Assembly (NCBI GenBank): GCA_964016885.1
Contig: OZ024746.1
Location: forward strand, 65,720,001-65,784,000
Source: Eledone cirrhosa
Lineage: Eukaryota
DNA length: 64,000 nucleotides
Direction: 5' to 3'
Part shown: in pieces, positions 41,267 to 57,379 of the stretch
Position numbering within the stretch: position 1 is the first letter of the stretch
Layout of the letters: each line of letters opens with the position of its first letter
Program-made: the position numbers and the translations under genes
Notes under the pieces: generated by a model
Told to the model about the DNA's origin: nothing
Database searches by the model: none
What the model saw: only the letters and a program-made list of their open reading frames with translations

Positions 41267-41270
<4 letters not shown>
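40873..41270 (+). pseudogene. Inverted duplicate of the Penelope-like RT-thumb/linker fragment
   Basis: YYNVALHRAGY...KRTRTRNSIWYSPPFSLGVKTHVANLFFKALDRCFP; reverse complement of 39533-39931. Confidence 0.85.
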
Positions 41271-41355
<85 letters not shown>

Positions 41356-41636
41356 TGTGTGTGTGTGGCTTCTATATATATATTGGAAGTGCAATTGCAT
41401 TGCGTTCAGAGGCGGTATGTCAAGGTGAGCACCAAATACTCTTGGGGAGCAGAGTATCAATAAAAATAAATCACTGGACGTGCGTCTACATGTGAAATCA
41501 CATATCTGAGGAGATTCCGATTCCAGAGTCAGGAACGAATATTACTCCATGGTTCGTCGAACTGATCGGCAGTGAAATATATATATGTTATTAAATAAGT
41601 ATGATTCTTTGTTCCCCATTTTTGCAATTATTATTA

Positions 41637-41940
41637 AGGTTAACTTTGCCTTTCATCCTTACGGGGTCGATAAAATAAAGTACCAGTAATACAATGGGAA
41701 AATTGCTGGCCTTGTGTCAAAAGTAGAAGGTAGATTGGCAGTATTGGTAGAGGGTCGGACGCGATGCTTTGCCGCATGGAGTTACGGCCCTTTATGATCT
41801 AAGTCCAATTCCCGCCGATGTTAACTTGGCCTTTCATTCTTACGGGTTCGATAAAATAAAGTACCAGTCATGCACCGGAGTCAATTTCATCGACTTTTCC
41901 CCTTTCCTCAAAATTGCTGGCCTTGTGCCTCTATAAGAAA
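41637..41940 (+). mobile_element. Two tandem SINE family A copies (3' fragment plus near full copy)
   Basis: Core and tail at 41637-41728, then head, core and tail at 41729-41940. Confidence 0.85.
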
Positions 41941-41946
41941 CCTTTT

Positions 41947-42192
41947 TTGTGACACAGAGGAGACTGAGGTTAGCTGGACATGCTCACCGACATCCAGAGT
42001 TGACATTGCACTCAATGCTCCTTTGGGAGCCCCTACATGGACACACTAGAAGAGGAAGACCAAGGTTAACGTATATTGATGCCCTAAGGACAGACACTGG
42101 TCCGTTGGAGACGCAGGACATGGCAGCGATAATGAGGGACAGAGACCGCTGGAGAGAACTCGTCCATGGATCTCGGGAATTTTACCCGCTTT

Positions 42193-42194
<2 letters not shown>
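41947..42194 (+). mobile_element. RTE-clade LINE 3' fragment
   Basis: RRLRLAGHAHRH...LLWEP.HG..RRGRPRLTYID...RDRDRWR is the typical RTE ORF C-terminus. Followed by (TA)n. Confidence 0.85.
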
Positions 42195-42244
<50 letters not shown>

Positions 42245-43389
42245 TGGTCCCTCGTTATCGAGTATGGCCATTGCACGATATACCATTATTACTAATTATT
42301 AGTTCATTCTATCGTTCAATGCCTGTGCGTGAAGATATTTTTTAAAGTGAGGAAAGACTGTGCACTGAACCAATCCCACTCTGTGAGTGACAGTAGCTAT
42401 AACCCGAAAAGAAGAAAAGATCAACATCATCGGTAACTACTGAGCCGCAGGTTTTTATATCGGAGTTATTCCAGTTTCCTGAGTTGCCTTTTCCTAGAAG
42501 AATGCCCTGACAAAGGCTAGGGGTCCTTCACTCACAGTGGTTTAACCGCGCGGTACATGTCTATATACATATTTACACACTTTCGGATGGCCGTTGACTC
42601 TTCAGAGTTCTTTCGCCTTTTGTCAGGTTTTGTTTTTTGTCCTGCAGGGTTTTCAAAATCAATCTCCTCAACAAGTAAATTTGGTGGGGTTGCCGGCTTA
42701 GTCGCCGACGACCCGACCATGCGACAGGTTGTACTGGGTTACATGTTACTAGTAGCACGTAACCCACTACAACCTATCGCATATATATGTAAGAGTGTGC
42801 GTCTACGATGATTTTATGAATGTAAAAGTAGCGATATATTTATATATTTCTAAATACCTTTTCATTGATGTAAAAAAAATTGTAGATGCACAAATCTCTC
42901 ATATTTTTATTTTGAATAATGTTCTAAGATCAGATGAAGTTGGTTCAATTGTAGTAAGCAAATTAAAAATGAATGTAATGATTAAAATATATATTTAGTT
43001 ATATTATCTCCACTATATGATTCAACTGTCATATTATATTCAGATGGAAATTCTATATATATATTTCATAGAATAATGTAAATAGATTGTAAGTATTATG
43101 TGTATCTAAAGCACACATTTAGTCAATCACCCACACCCATTCACCCGTTCATGTCTACTTATCCATTTATCAGTTTCGATACACATATAGACATACATAA
43201 AGACGCATAAGCACACATTCGCACATACACACAAGCCACACACACAAGAACATACACCTAATTATATACATACAGCTAAATATATACATACATACACATA
43301 TATACATGCTCACATGCATATATATATATATATTGAGAGAGAGTGAGAGAGAGATTGAAAGAGAGAGAGAGAGAGAGATGGAGTGAGGA

Positions 43390-43439
<50 letters not shown>

Positions 43440-43619
43440 CGAGAATTTAGTTGAAGAATCCATATGAAAATTATAACCGGGTTTGTGTATTCCGAAATAT
43501 GATACTTTACTATATTCACAATATAATTACCAAATACACAGTTTAAAATGATCTGCTTATACACACATACTTATACACACATATAAGAACGTAAGCACAC
43601 ACATACACACACGCACACA

Positions 43620-45193
<1,574 letters not shown>

Positions 45194-45364
45194 CAATATC
45201 GGAGAAAGCTCTTTAGCGATACTCCGACCAAATTCCAACTCACTCAACAAACATTAGGAAACAAGTGATCATATTCCCAATTATGCGTTCGGGTTGCTAA
45301 CTAAAAGTATTGCGTGGAAAATTGGCTGTATTATTTGATATGAGACATATCGAATATATCTCTT

Positions 45365-45491
45365 CCCAGACGGACGTCTCGTTTCATTACAGGATTCCTA
45401 CAATGTGGGTGAAATTATCCCAATTGATGAAGGAGCTTGTATACCATCAATAGATATATATTCAACTGGGCTCCTATAATTCATCAGTGGG
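45365..45491 (-). ncRNA. Type I hammerhead with ~95-nt extended stem II, in an unclassified ~510-bp insert (~45190-45705)
   Basis: CCCA-CTGATGA-ATTATAGGA...CCCAGTTGA...TCAATTGGG...TCCTGTAAT-GAAAC-G-AGACGTC-C-GT-C/TGGG. Canonical core, GUC triplet. Confidence 0.75.
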
Positions 45492-45950
45492 TGCCCCAAT
45501 AATACTAATATTGATAATCTAACCAACATCAGTATTTAGCGATAATCATCATCTGTGCCTAGGTATCTGTCAGGTTGCCAGTCCACCAGTTCTAAAGAAG
45601 TGCTCAAACTGATTAAAAAATGAGGAAGTAAATTACCGCAAAAAAAACAATACATGCGCATGACAATGAACTCGGAAAGGAATTCAGGCCACGTGCTAAG
45701 AACTCTCTCTCTATCTCTCTCTATATATATATACATATAATATATATTATATATATGTATACGTACATACATATATGTATACAGACGTACAGTAGTATGT
45801 ATATTTATACATGCATGCACGCATATAACGTATCGGTTTACCTAACATTTATTATAATGCTCGGTTTGTTTGTTTCTGAACAAACAAACAGCCCGAATTA
45901 CGCCGTACAGTGTTTAGGCAACCACGTCACCTTTTTATACAACACTGACA

Positions 45951-46009
45951 CAGGAACGATGTACTAGTTTCAAGCTTATTAGCTATCGTCAGCACCGTAT
46001 ACCTTCCTG
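45951..46009 (-). ncRNA. Type I hammerhead ribozyme, inverted array copy
   Basis: Reverse complement of the array motif with one A>G change in stem I that leaves a G-U pair. Confidence 0.8.
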
Positions 46010-46449
46010 CCAGATGGTTGAACGTCTGAAAGTATATACTTTCCTTATGCATATTAACGGCTGAGGAGCCTAATTTGCATATCGAGGTGACGTGGTTGCC
46101 TAAACACTGTACGACGTAATTCGGGCTGTTAGGTTGTTTAAGTAAAACAAACCGAGCATTATAATAAATGTTCGGTAAACCGATACGTACATATATATGT
46201 GTGCATTAATGTATATATATACATACTATTGTACGTCTGTATACATATATGTATGTACGTATACATATATACATACTTACATTTAAGTAAGTGCCGTACT
46301 AAGAGTGAGAAATGAAATTACGTTTCATTCTATTCCATTTATCGTTTTCGGTGCGCCCGGCGACTGAACTCACTCGATATGCAAATTAGGCTGCTCAGCC
46401 GTTAATATGCATAAGGAAAGTATATACTTTCAGACGTTCAACCATCTGG

Positions 46450-46508
46450 CAGGAAGGTATACGATGCTGACGATAGCTAATAAGCTTGAAACTAGTACAT
46501 CGTTCCTG
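46450..46508 (+). ncRNA. Type I hammerhead ribozyme, array copy 1
   Basis: CAGGA-aggtat-ACGATG-CTGACGA-T-AGCT-AATA-AGCT-T-GAAAC-TA-GT-A/CATCGT-TCCTG. Predicted cleavage after 46497. Confidence 0.82.
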
Positions 46509-46896
46509 TGTCAGTGTTGAACAACTAGGTGACGTGGTTGCCTAAACACTGTACGGCGTAATTCGGGCTGTTTGTTTGTTTACAAACAAACAAACCGAGC
46601 ATTATAATAAATGTTCGGTAAACCGATACGTGCATATATATATATGTCTGCATGTATGTATATATATACACTCTACTGTACGTCTGTATACATATATGTA
46701 TGTACGTATACATACATACATACTTACATTTAAGTCAGTGCCGTACTAAGAGTGAGAAATGAAATTTCGTTTCATTCTATTCCATTAATCGTTTTCGGTG
46801 CGCCCGACGACTGAACTCACTCGATATGCAAATTAGGCTGCTCAGCCGTTAATATGCATAAGGAAAGTATATACTTTCAGACGTTCAACAATCTGG

Positions 46897-46955
46897 CAGG
46901 AAGGTATACGATGCTGACGATAGCTAATAAGCTTGAAACTAGTACATCGTTCCTG
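46897..46955 (+). ncRNA. Type I hammerhead ribozyme, array copy 2
   Basis: Identical to copy 1; predicted cleavage after 46944. Confidence 0.82.
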
Positions 46956-47324
46956 TGTCAGTGTTGAACAAAAAGGTGACGTGGTTGCCTAAACACTGTA
47001 CGGCGTAATTCGGGCTGTTTGTTTGTTTACAAACAAACAAACCGAGCATTATAATAAATGTTCGGTAACCGATACGTGCATATATATATATATGTCTGCA
47101 TGTATGTATATATATACACTCTACTGTACGTCTGTATACATACATACATACTTACATTTAAGTCAGTGCCGTACTAAGAGTGAGAAATGAAATTTCGTTT
47201 CATTCTATTCCATTAATCGTTTTCGGTGCGCCCGACGACTGAACTCACTCGATATGCAAATTAGGCTGCTCAGCCGTTAATATGCATAAGGAAAGTATAT
47301 ACTTTCAGACGTTCAACCATATGG

Positions 47325-47383
47325 CAGGAAGGTATACGATGCTGACGATAGCTAATAAGCTTGAAACTAGTACATCGTTCCTG
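47325..47383 (+). ncRNA. Type I hammerhead ribozyme, array copy 3
   Basis: Identical to copy 1; predicted cleavage after 47372. Confidence 0.82.
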
Positions 47384-47659
47384 TGTCAGTGTTGAACAAA
47401 AAGGTGACGTGGTTGCCTAAACACTGTACGGCGTAATTCGGGCTGTTTGTTTGTTTACAAACAAACAAACCGAGCATTACAATAAATGTTCGGTAAACCG
47501 ATACGTGCATATATATATATGTCTGCATGTATGTATATATATACACTCTACTGTACGTCTGTATACATATATGTATGTACGTATACATACATACATACTT
47601 ACATTTAAGTCAGTGCCGTACTAAGAGTGAGAAATCAAATTTCGTTTCATTCTATTCCA

Positions 47660-47699
47660 TATATATTATATATATATATATACAAATAATATATGTATA

Positions 47700-47792
<93 letters not shown>

Positions 47793-47871
47793 TATATGAA
47801 TATATATATATATATCATATATGAATATATATATATATATCATATATGAATATATATATATGTATATATAC

Positions 47872-47904
<33 letters not shown>

Positions 47905-47967
47905 TATACATATATATATTTATATATATATATATATGTAAGTATATATACACATACATATTTACGT

Positions 47968-48013
<46 letters not shown>

Positions 48014-48279
48014 AATGTGTGTGTGCGCGCGTATGTGTAATCCCATTATATATTCTAGAAAATGTTGTCTTTGTTAGACATTTGAATATAGTTTAATAGA
48101 AACCATTCAAACGCCACAATATCTACGTGTATTCAATAAATACATTATGAGGATTTTGTTTCGAAATAACCAGAGTCGCTAACTGAAATCTTAACTACTT
48201 AGAACTATGTTGTTTTACTATATTTCTTATTTGATGAATATAAATAAATAGACATATAGATACAGACGCGCACACACGC

Positions 48280-48361
<82 letters not shown>

Positions 48362-48492
48362 TAAAGTATGTCCATAGAATCATGATATATTGCTCTGATT
48401 ATTTAATTTATTAATACTTCATTGGGCTACATCGTGAATGGTTGCCAAAACATATATATCTGTCACTTTGTTTAATTTGTGTGTATGTAAAT

Positions 48493-48535
<43 letters not shown>

Positions 48536-48569
48536 TATATGTATGTATGTATATATATGTATATATATT

Positions 48570-48602
<33 letters not shown>

Positions 48603-48619
48603 ATATATGTATACATATG

Positions 48620-48652
<33 letters not shown>

Positions 48653-48684
48653 ATATATATGTATGTATGTATATATATGTATAC

Positions 48685-48736
<52 letters not shown>

Positions 48737-48739
48737 ATG

Positions 48740-48806
<67 letters not shown>

Positions 48807-48945
48807 GTATATGTATGTATATATATGTATATATATGTATATATATGTATATATATATATATATGTATGTATGTATATATATGTATATATATGTATATAT
48901 ATATGTATATATATGTATATATATATGTGTGTGTGTGTGTGTGAG
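47660..48945. repeat. (TA)n/(TATG)n low-complexity blocks (47660-48010, 48283-48359, 48495-48945)
   Basis: Direct reading. Confidence 0.9.
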
Positions 48946-49497
48946 TCCGCGAGTTGTGTGTGTGTGTGCTGTACTTGTGTTTTTGTATATGTGTGTATGT
49001 ATGTGCATATGTATGTATGTTTGTACAAAGAGAGCAGCATCTTATTTATTTAAAATGGAATTTACTTGAAACCGCCATTTCAATTTTCTTGTCGCATTTC
49101 AATCTGTAAAGGAAACTTTGAATTCTTCATTCAGTTTAAAATGCTTATTTGCACACGTCACACTTAATACATGTTTCTGTATTTATTCAATGTTAAATCG
49201 AATCTAGTTTGCGAAAGAAATTATACATTGATATAATATTATCATAAAAGAAACCGTTCTTTTTTTAGAATTAACTGTAATGTGTACGTAAAATATATGT
49301 TTATGTAATCCAAAGTAGGATACATCTCATGTATATTCATATAAATAAAATATTACGATGATTTAGTCATCCATCAGAGTGAATGATGCTGGTTTCTGTA
49401 GCTTGTTTAATTTCATGAGCATAACTTCATCGCCACCAACCAACTGGATAACATCTAGTGTGGAGAGAAATATCAAGATTAGGCGTCAACGGAACTA

Positions 49498-49675
49498 CGT
49501 GGATTGGCAGTATAGGTAGAGGATCGGACGCCATGCTTTGAAGCATAGATTTATGATCTGAGTTTTAATCCTGCCGAGTTTAACTTTGCCTTTCATCCTT
49601 ATGGGGTCGATAAAATAAAGTACCAGTAATGCACTAGGATAATTGCTGGCCTTGTGCCAAAATTAGAAACAATTA
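49498..49675 (+). mobile_element. tRNA-derived SINE, family A
   Basis: Head, core and tail recognisable. Confidence 0.85.
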
Positions 49676-49876
49676 ATTTGGTGAGTAGATGTGGTGCGTA
49701 GTAATTATTATTATTATTATATATTTTATAAAAAAAAAAAAGGTCAGCATTTTTTTGATCTGGTCATAATCATCATTTATCCCCTAGAATTAGCGATAAA
49801 TATTTACTTAGTTCCATACCTGAATAACAAAGAAAAACACATATTCACATGCTCGCACGCACACACACACATGCAA

Positions 49877-49947
<71 letters not shown>

Positions 49948-50524
49948 ATCCTATGGTTACTCACCCAGATTCTCAAATCTATATTCTTTAACTCTCCCAG
50001 ATATCTTAATAAATCCGAGTTGGTCAATCAAAGACTCCATCAACTTCAACCATACCAAGTCTCATACATAACAACTATGTCTTTAGTCTGCAGGCGGTCT
50101 GTCTCTAAACGTCAGGACCAGCACTCGCAGTGGGGAGGGGGAACTACTTGAAAACTGCATCTCCTCTGAACTCTACTGATGCAGTCTCATCGTCACTTCT
50201 GACATCTATAAAACACTGTCCATCATCATTCAAAACCACCTTGATTTCCAGAAACACCTATAATCTAACAATATATCTATCCATGGGTTACTGTCTCTCA
50301 GGCCTTCTGGACGCCACATATATGGTCAGCGGGAACGTTGGGTGCTCCACACTCACCAGCCCTTCCTAGTAATTATAAGACGTGATACATACTGAAAACC
50401 TCATGCATAAACCAGCAAAATGTGCACTCACGCTTGTGTGAGCGTGTGTGTGTGTGGGGGGGGGGGGGGTATGCGTGTGTGTTTATATATTATATATACG
50501 TATATATACGTATATATATATATA

Positions 50525-52187
<1,663 letters not shown>

Positions 52188-52649
52188 TATTATACATATA
52201 TTTATATACATATTTGTCTACGTGTTAAGTAGTCCCGTAGAATAGGTAAGGGAAAGAAGAGTGCTCTATGTATTGTACAGAGCTATTTAATTACGTAATA
52301 AACAAAACAGTGATGGTTGATGAGTGCATATGTGGTTGATGCGCTTATATATATATCTACGTATAGATACTGAATATGGATGTACGTATAGATGCGCGCT
52401 TGTGGTTTCATGCGTGTGTGTATATATGTATATTTGTATGTGTATATATATATTTTCTGTTATAAGATGTTATTTTAACTCAGCTTTAACTAAGATTTAA
52501 CTCAATTTTAAAATTTATATCCAAACATAATTATTTAAACTAATGGACAGACTGGACGTTAGTGTAAGAATCATCTAGTTTCTTGAAACCTTTGGTAATG
52601 GAAATATTATATTGTGTTGTTTATTATGTAATTATAAATATATATCTAT

Positions 52650-52832
52650 ATATAAATTAATAAAAATAATGAATAAAAACAAAGAAACAGTTCCTTATAT
52701 TAAAAAAATTATCATTTTACGATTGTTTCTAAATGTGTGTTGGTATGTATGTCATATAGATCAATGTAAAAGTTTTACAAACTATCAGAGGGAATATACA
52801 TACCTACACATATATATGCTGTCTTCAGAAAT
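52650..52832 (-). mobile_element. Solo terminal fragment (pLTR-like) of the 58686-60166 PLE family
   Basis: Diverged reverse complement of ~59981-60166, in TA-rich flanks. Confidence 0.8.
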
Positions 52833-52944
52833 ATATATATATATATATGTGTGTGTGTGTATATATGTGTGTGTATATATGTGTGTGTATGGGTGTATAT
52901 ATATGTGTGTGTATATATGTGTGTGTATGGGTGTATATATATGT

Positions 52945-53033
<89 letters not shown>

Positions 53034-53631
53034 CATATATATGTGAATATATATATTACTTGTACTTCACTATTTTTGCAATTACAAGAAGGTCGATTGC
53101 CCGTGATAGTTTTGGAGTCGATAAAATGATACGCAAATTATTGGGTTCCGTGCAATTATCTAAATATTTAGAATTGTGCCGAGAATGACTGCACTTTACT
53201 GACTGAACCAAGTAAACGAATAATTTATGGTGAGCAGTTTGTAATCATCCATATTATATTCCATTTTTCGCATATGAATACATAAATACATGAATAGAAG
53301 AATGTTATTTCGCAATTTACAATGCATAAAAACACGAGAAAATTATATAAAAACCTAAATACACCACAACATGCATATGGAGTTATTTATAATCAAATAA
53401 GTATAAACACGTTATATGTGAATAACCTTGAATACTAATATAGTGGAAGAAATATAACAAAGAATTGTTATACATTTTAGCATTTGTTATAAGTGGGATT
53501 TATTTTTTATCACATAAATAAGGTACAATGACGTTAATAATAGCGACAGGTGTGAATAATTACCTGTATTATACAAAATTATGCTAAACCAGAACCATAT
53601 ATACCTACACACATGCATACGCACACACGCG

Positions 53632-53692
<61 letters not shown>

Positions 53693-53766
53693 ATGTTGTA
53701 TGTATACATATATATACATTTACATACATATATACACACCACATATGTATATACATATATATATGT

Positions 53767-53809
<43 letters not shown>

Positions 53810-54233
53810 GCGTGTGTATGTGTGTGTGTGTTATATATATATGTACGTGCATGTTTATTTATATATTCAACTGTACGTATATGCAGAACAAGTAATTTCG
53901 TTTGCAGGAAGTAATACTATAGTTTGTGTTAACTTAATTAGTCTCAATGAAAGTGTAATTACATTACCTTACGGATACATTCCATGTGCACTATTAGACA
54001 GTTCCAATTATGCATATATACTCATAATTTAGTTAACACTCAAAGATACTTCAACAAATATTTTTTCATTTAACGAACGAAAGTGCAACCGCAGTACACA
54101 TAATGGTATGCAGAATTACATATTTGGAAGCGTCTACATATTTGTATATTCTTGCGTAACATTCGTCCACACAAAATACGTTTAGCTATGCATACATAAA
54201 TACACACACAAACGCACGTACAAACACGCATTT

Positions 54234-54300
<67 letters not shown>

Positions 54301-54304
<4 letters not shown>

Positions 54305-54500
54305 GAAGGAAATGTGGTAAGGAACCAGGTGGACCATAATGCACCAAAGTACTCAATACTTAGAGTAGTAGAGTGGGTAATAGGAACGAGTAGGACCCCG
54401 CTGGCTGAGCTCAAACCGTTTCGACGGCTAATTCTGGACGTCCAGAATTAGCCGTCGAAATGGCTTGAGCTCAGCCGTCGGGGTCCTACTCGTTCCTATA
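54301..54500 (-). mobile_element. Fold-back mini-element, family P, copy 3
   Basis: Palindrome ~54380-54499 centred on ggacgtcc; in (TA)n. Confidence 0.8.
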
Positions 54501-54512
54501 TATATATATATA

Positions 54513-54720
54513 TAACAAATAAATTGTGGTAAAGAAGCAGCTGGCCCATAACGCACCTGAGTACTTTAGAATTAGGGTAGTAGAGTGGGTAATAGGAAAA
54601 GGGCCGGGACCCCGAGGCTGAGGTCCGACCGTTTCGACAGCTAGATCCGAACTTCGGATGTTCGGATCTAGCTATCGAAACGGTCGGAACTTAGTCGTCG
54701 GGGTCCTGAATCTTTTCCAT
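54513..54720 (-). mobile_element. Fold-back mini-element, family P, diverged copy 4
   Basis: Related tail; hairpin ~54595-54718 (ggaccccga...ccgaccgtttcgacagctagatccgaac...gttcggatctagctatcgaaacggtcgg...ggggtcc). Confidence 0.75.
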
Positions 54721-55465
54721 GTATGTGTGTGTGTGTGGCATCGTAAACTTATAGAAAATTATAGAATAGTATAGAATTTCGGGGAAAATTATAATACTGA
54801 TATTTCCGCTGAGCGTTTCATTATAGATTTGTGTGAGGTGCATAGGTTTCATCTGGATCGCATTTGGATGGGATGCTTAGTATGGAATGATGGATGGCAG
54901 AGGGTTGCTTGATGTTTCAGCAAACAGTTCATTGAGGTATGAGTGAATAAAGACTGCTAACAGAAAAGAACTCTATGACAAATCATAGTGTGGGTAACAG
55001 AGAGTTTTGCCAGCTCAGGTACATCAAATTAATATTTAGGAAGCTAGCGATCCAAGAGTTTTAAGATAGATATATCTCCCAGGCTTACAGTAGTGTTGCA
55101 TGCGTTGCTGTTATTACGGTCAATGATACTGCGCTAAACAATTTACTCTTGGCTGAGAGCTACTACTCATAAATAACATAGAATGAGATTATTCCAGTCG
55201 TATAAATTTAACAGAAGGAAATGCCATGTAATCATGATCACACCTGAACCTCATTTTAGTATATGCAACGGAGAAGAAGAGCGCTCGTATTCATTCCTAA
55301 TACTATCTCTTGTTACTGAGGATCTCACCTTTTGAAAATTAGACCTCAACATTTCTCAGGATGCATATCAAACTTTGGTTGTTCTTGTTAGAATTAAAAT
55401 CTTCTCAGATAATCTGACCATTTACAAATCTCAATGCATATTTGCAATTAGTACTTCTGTTCTAA

Positions 55466-55620
55466 TGGCGGCAAATTGGCGGAGTCGGTAGAATATTGGA
55501 TAGAATGATTTGCGGCGTTCTTTCCGCCTCTCTGCTCTATGTGTTCAAATCCCACCAAGGTCATCTTTCCTTTCATCCTTTTGAGGTTGATTAAAAAATT
55601 ACCTGTTTAGTACTGGGCTC
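55466..55620 (+). mobile_element. Diverged SINE related to family A
   Basis: ggcggcaaattggcggagtcggtag...gttcaaatccc...ctttcatccttttgaggttgat. Confidence 0.65.
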
Positions 55621-57093
55621 GAGTCTTCCTCCCTCCCACTTTCTACCCTCCTTTTGCCCCACGTACGGCATCCAGAGAAATGTCACTTGACTTATTTGCA
55701 TAGAGACAGTCGAATACAAACGGCAGCCTATATGCAACATTTATCTGTTTTCTAACGCTTTTATTTAGGCTGGTTGGACATATGCCGCCATCAGTCACTC
55801 ACTCTCAACTAACTCCTGCCTTCTCGGGTAAGTTCTGTCCAATAATCTATCGTCATGTCTCGTAAGCGTTATAAGTATATACCCTTATTGAATAGTGTTT
55901 CCTCATTAACATTTAGTTTTCTCATGCGTTTGATTTTAAATGAGATTTCCCCTCGCAAATTCCATTCTAACAATAATCGACGAGCACATTTTTAGCCGTC
56001 TCAATCCACCTTCAAATCCCTTCATTATTAATGTCTCATTCAGTCCTGACTGTTATACAGGATAATATATTTATTAATATAAAAAGACTAATAAATAAAA
56101 AAAATCGTGAAGCAATGAAATAATAGTAATAGTTTATTTTATTATATAATATTGAATTATATTACATTATATCATATGTTATAAGGTTGTACTTTATCAG
56201 AATCACTATTTTAGTCTCCTTGCGCATCCATACTAAATATAATTACAATGATATATACATTAAAACAGCGTCCCTATATGTTACGAGTAAAGAACCTTTC
56301 GGTCGCAAATGACCAAAGGATTTGCACCTCCGTGGAATTAGCGAAGGAATACTGTTTTCGTAGAAAATCATCAGTCACCCATGCATACCAGTCTCCTCTC
56401 TCAACACAGCCGTTGTTAGCCAAAAGAAAAGTAAAAAAACCGATACAGTTTGGCACCAGTAACTTCGCATATCATTTTCGGCATATGAGTGAACTGGAGC
56501 AACATGAACTAAAATTACTAAAATACAAGAGGCAGGTGAGTTTGACAATCGAACGCTCAACCTCATGGTTTTAATCCCAATGTTGTAATAATTTAGTGAC
56601 ACACATTCACATCATTTTAAAAGCCATCAATTTAGTCTCTGAACACTAGTGAATTAGGAAATATAATTATAGCATATACTCAGTGCATTACTTTCAAAAC
56701 AATCATTTCCTTCCTCACCGGCGTTTACGTTATAAATCCTGATCCAAAATAACCCAACAGAATGAATTTTAGTTAAAGGGGCACAGGCAGATAACCATAT
56801 TAAACCCACAGGTATCTCAGATCTACATTCATCTCTTCAAATTGCAATTATAATCTGCACCTGAAGTACATTTCCGACTATATTATATAGTGGGGGTACA
56901 TAACTATAATTAAGCTATATTTAAAACTATTATTAAAATTCCTAAACTAAGTGCCAACTTATTTCAGCTTATCACTCTTAATGTCACCCCACCAGCTTTC
57001 AGATAAGAATACAATGAAACTTTCTTGCCTTGTGAACTTTCTCTTTCATTCCGCCTATATCATTCTTTTGATTAGTGCCTATTATTAGCATCA

Positions 57094-57250
57094 AACGCCA
57101 TGCTTCGGGGTATAGAGTTACGTCCCTTTACATTCTGAGTTCAAATCCCGTCGTGGTTAGCTTTGCCTTTCATCCTTACGGGGTCGATAAAATAAAGTAC
57201 CAGTAATGTACTGGGTTATGCTGGCCTTGTGCCAAAAGTAGAAACAATTA
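57094..57250 (+). mobile_element. SINE family A, 5'-truncated, (ATT)n tail
   Basis: B-box, core and tail, then ATT repeats to ~57272. Confidence 0.85.
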
Positions 57251-57379
57251 TTATTATTATTATTATTATTATATAAACTGCATAATTAGATAAATATCAT
57301 GTAATTGTTACGCAGAGGGAACCTCTAACTTAAACATAAACCCTACTAATTTATTAATTATGATTATTGATAACTAACA

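Larger units (their letters stand above)
39533..41270. repeat. ~1.74-kb spacer-less imperfect palindrome centred on (CT)n(TA)n(AG)n
   Basis: Arms ~39533-40397 and ~40398-41270 are reverse complements with scattered substitutions and indels. ORFs 39710-39931(-) and 40873(+) are mirrored. Confidence 0.95.
45755..47660 (+). repeat. Tandem ~430-450-bp hammerhead-containing repeat (retrozyme/pLTR-like array) with an inverted 5' partial copy
   Basis: Inverted partial unit ~45755-46085, then direct units starting ggtgacgtggttgcc at ~46086, ~46528, ~46975, ~47403. Ends tctattccat(TA)n. Confidence 0.93.

Noticed and set aside
46086-47660. CRISPR array or coding tandem repeat
   Set aside because: Units are ~430-450 bp near-identical repeats without unique spacers, in a eukaryotic context. 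The 62-73-aa ORFs are TA-rich and lack recognisable motifs.
50030-50370. Possible old LINE endonuclease fragment on the minus strand (DIVVMYETW-like); similar weak hints at 55090-56040
   Set aside because: Too short and degenerate to support without a profile search.
56248-56574. 108-aa ORF
   Set aside because: No recognisable domain or supporting splice context; compatible with chance.
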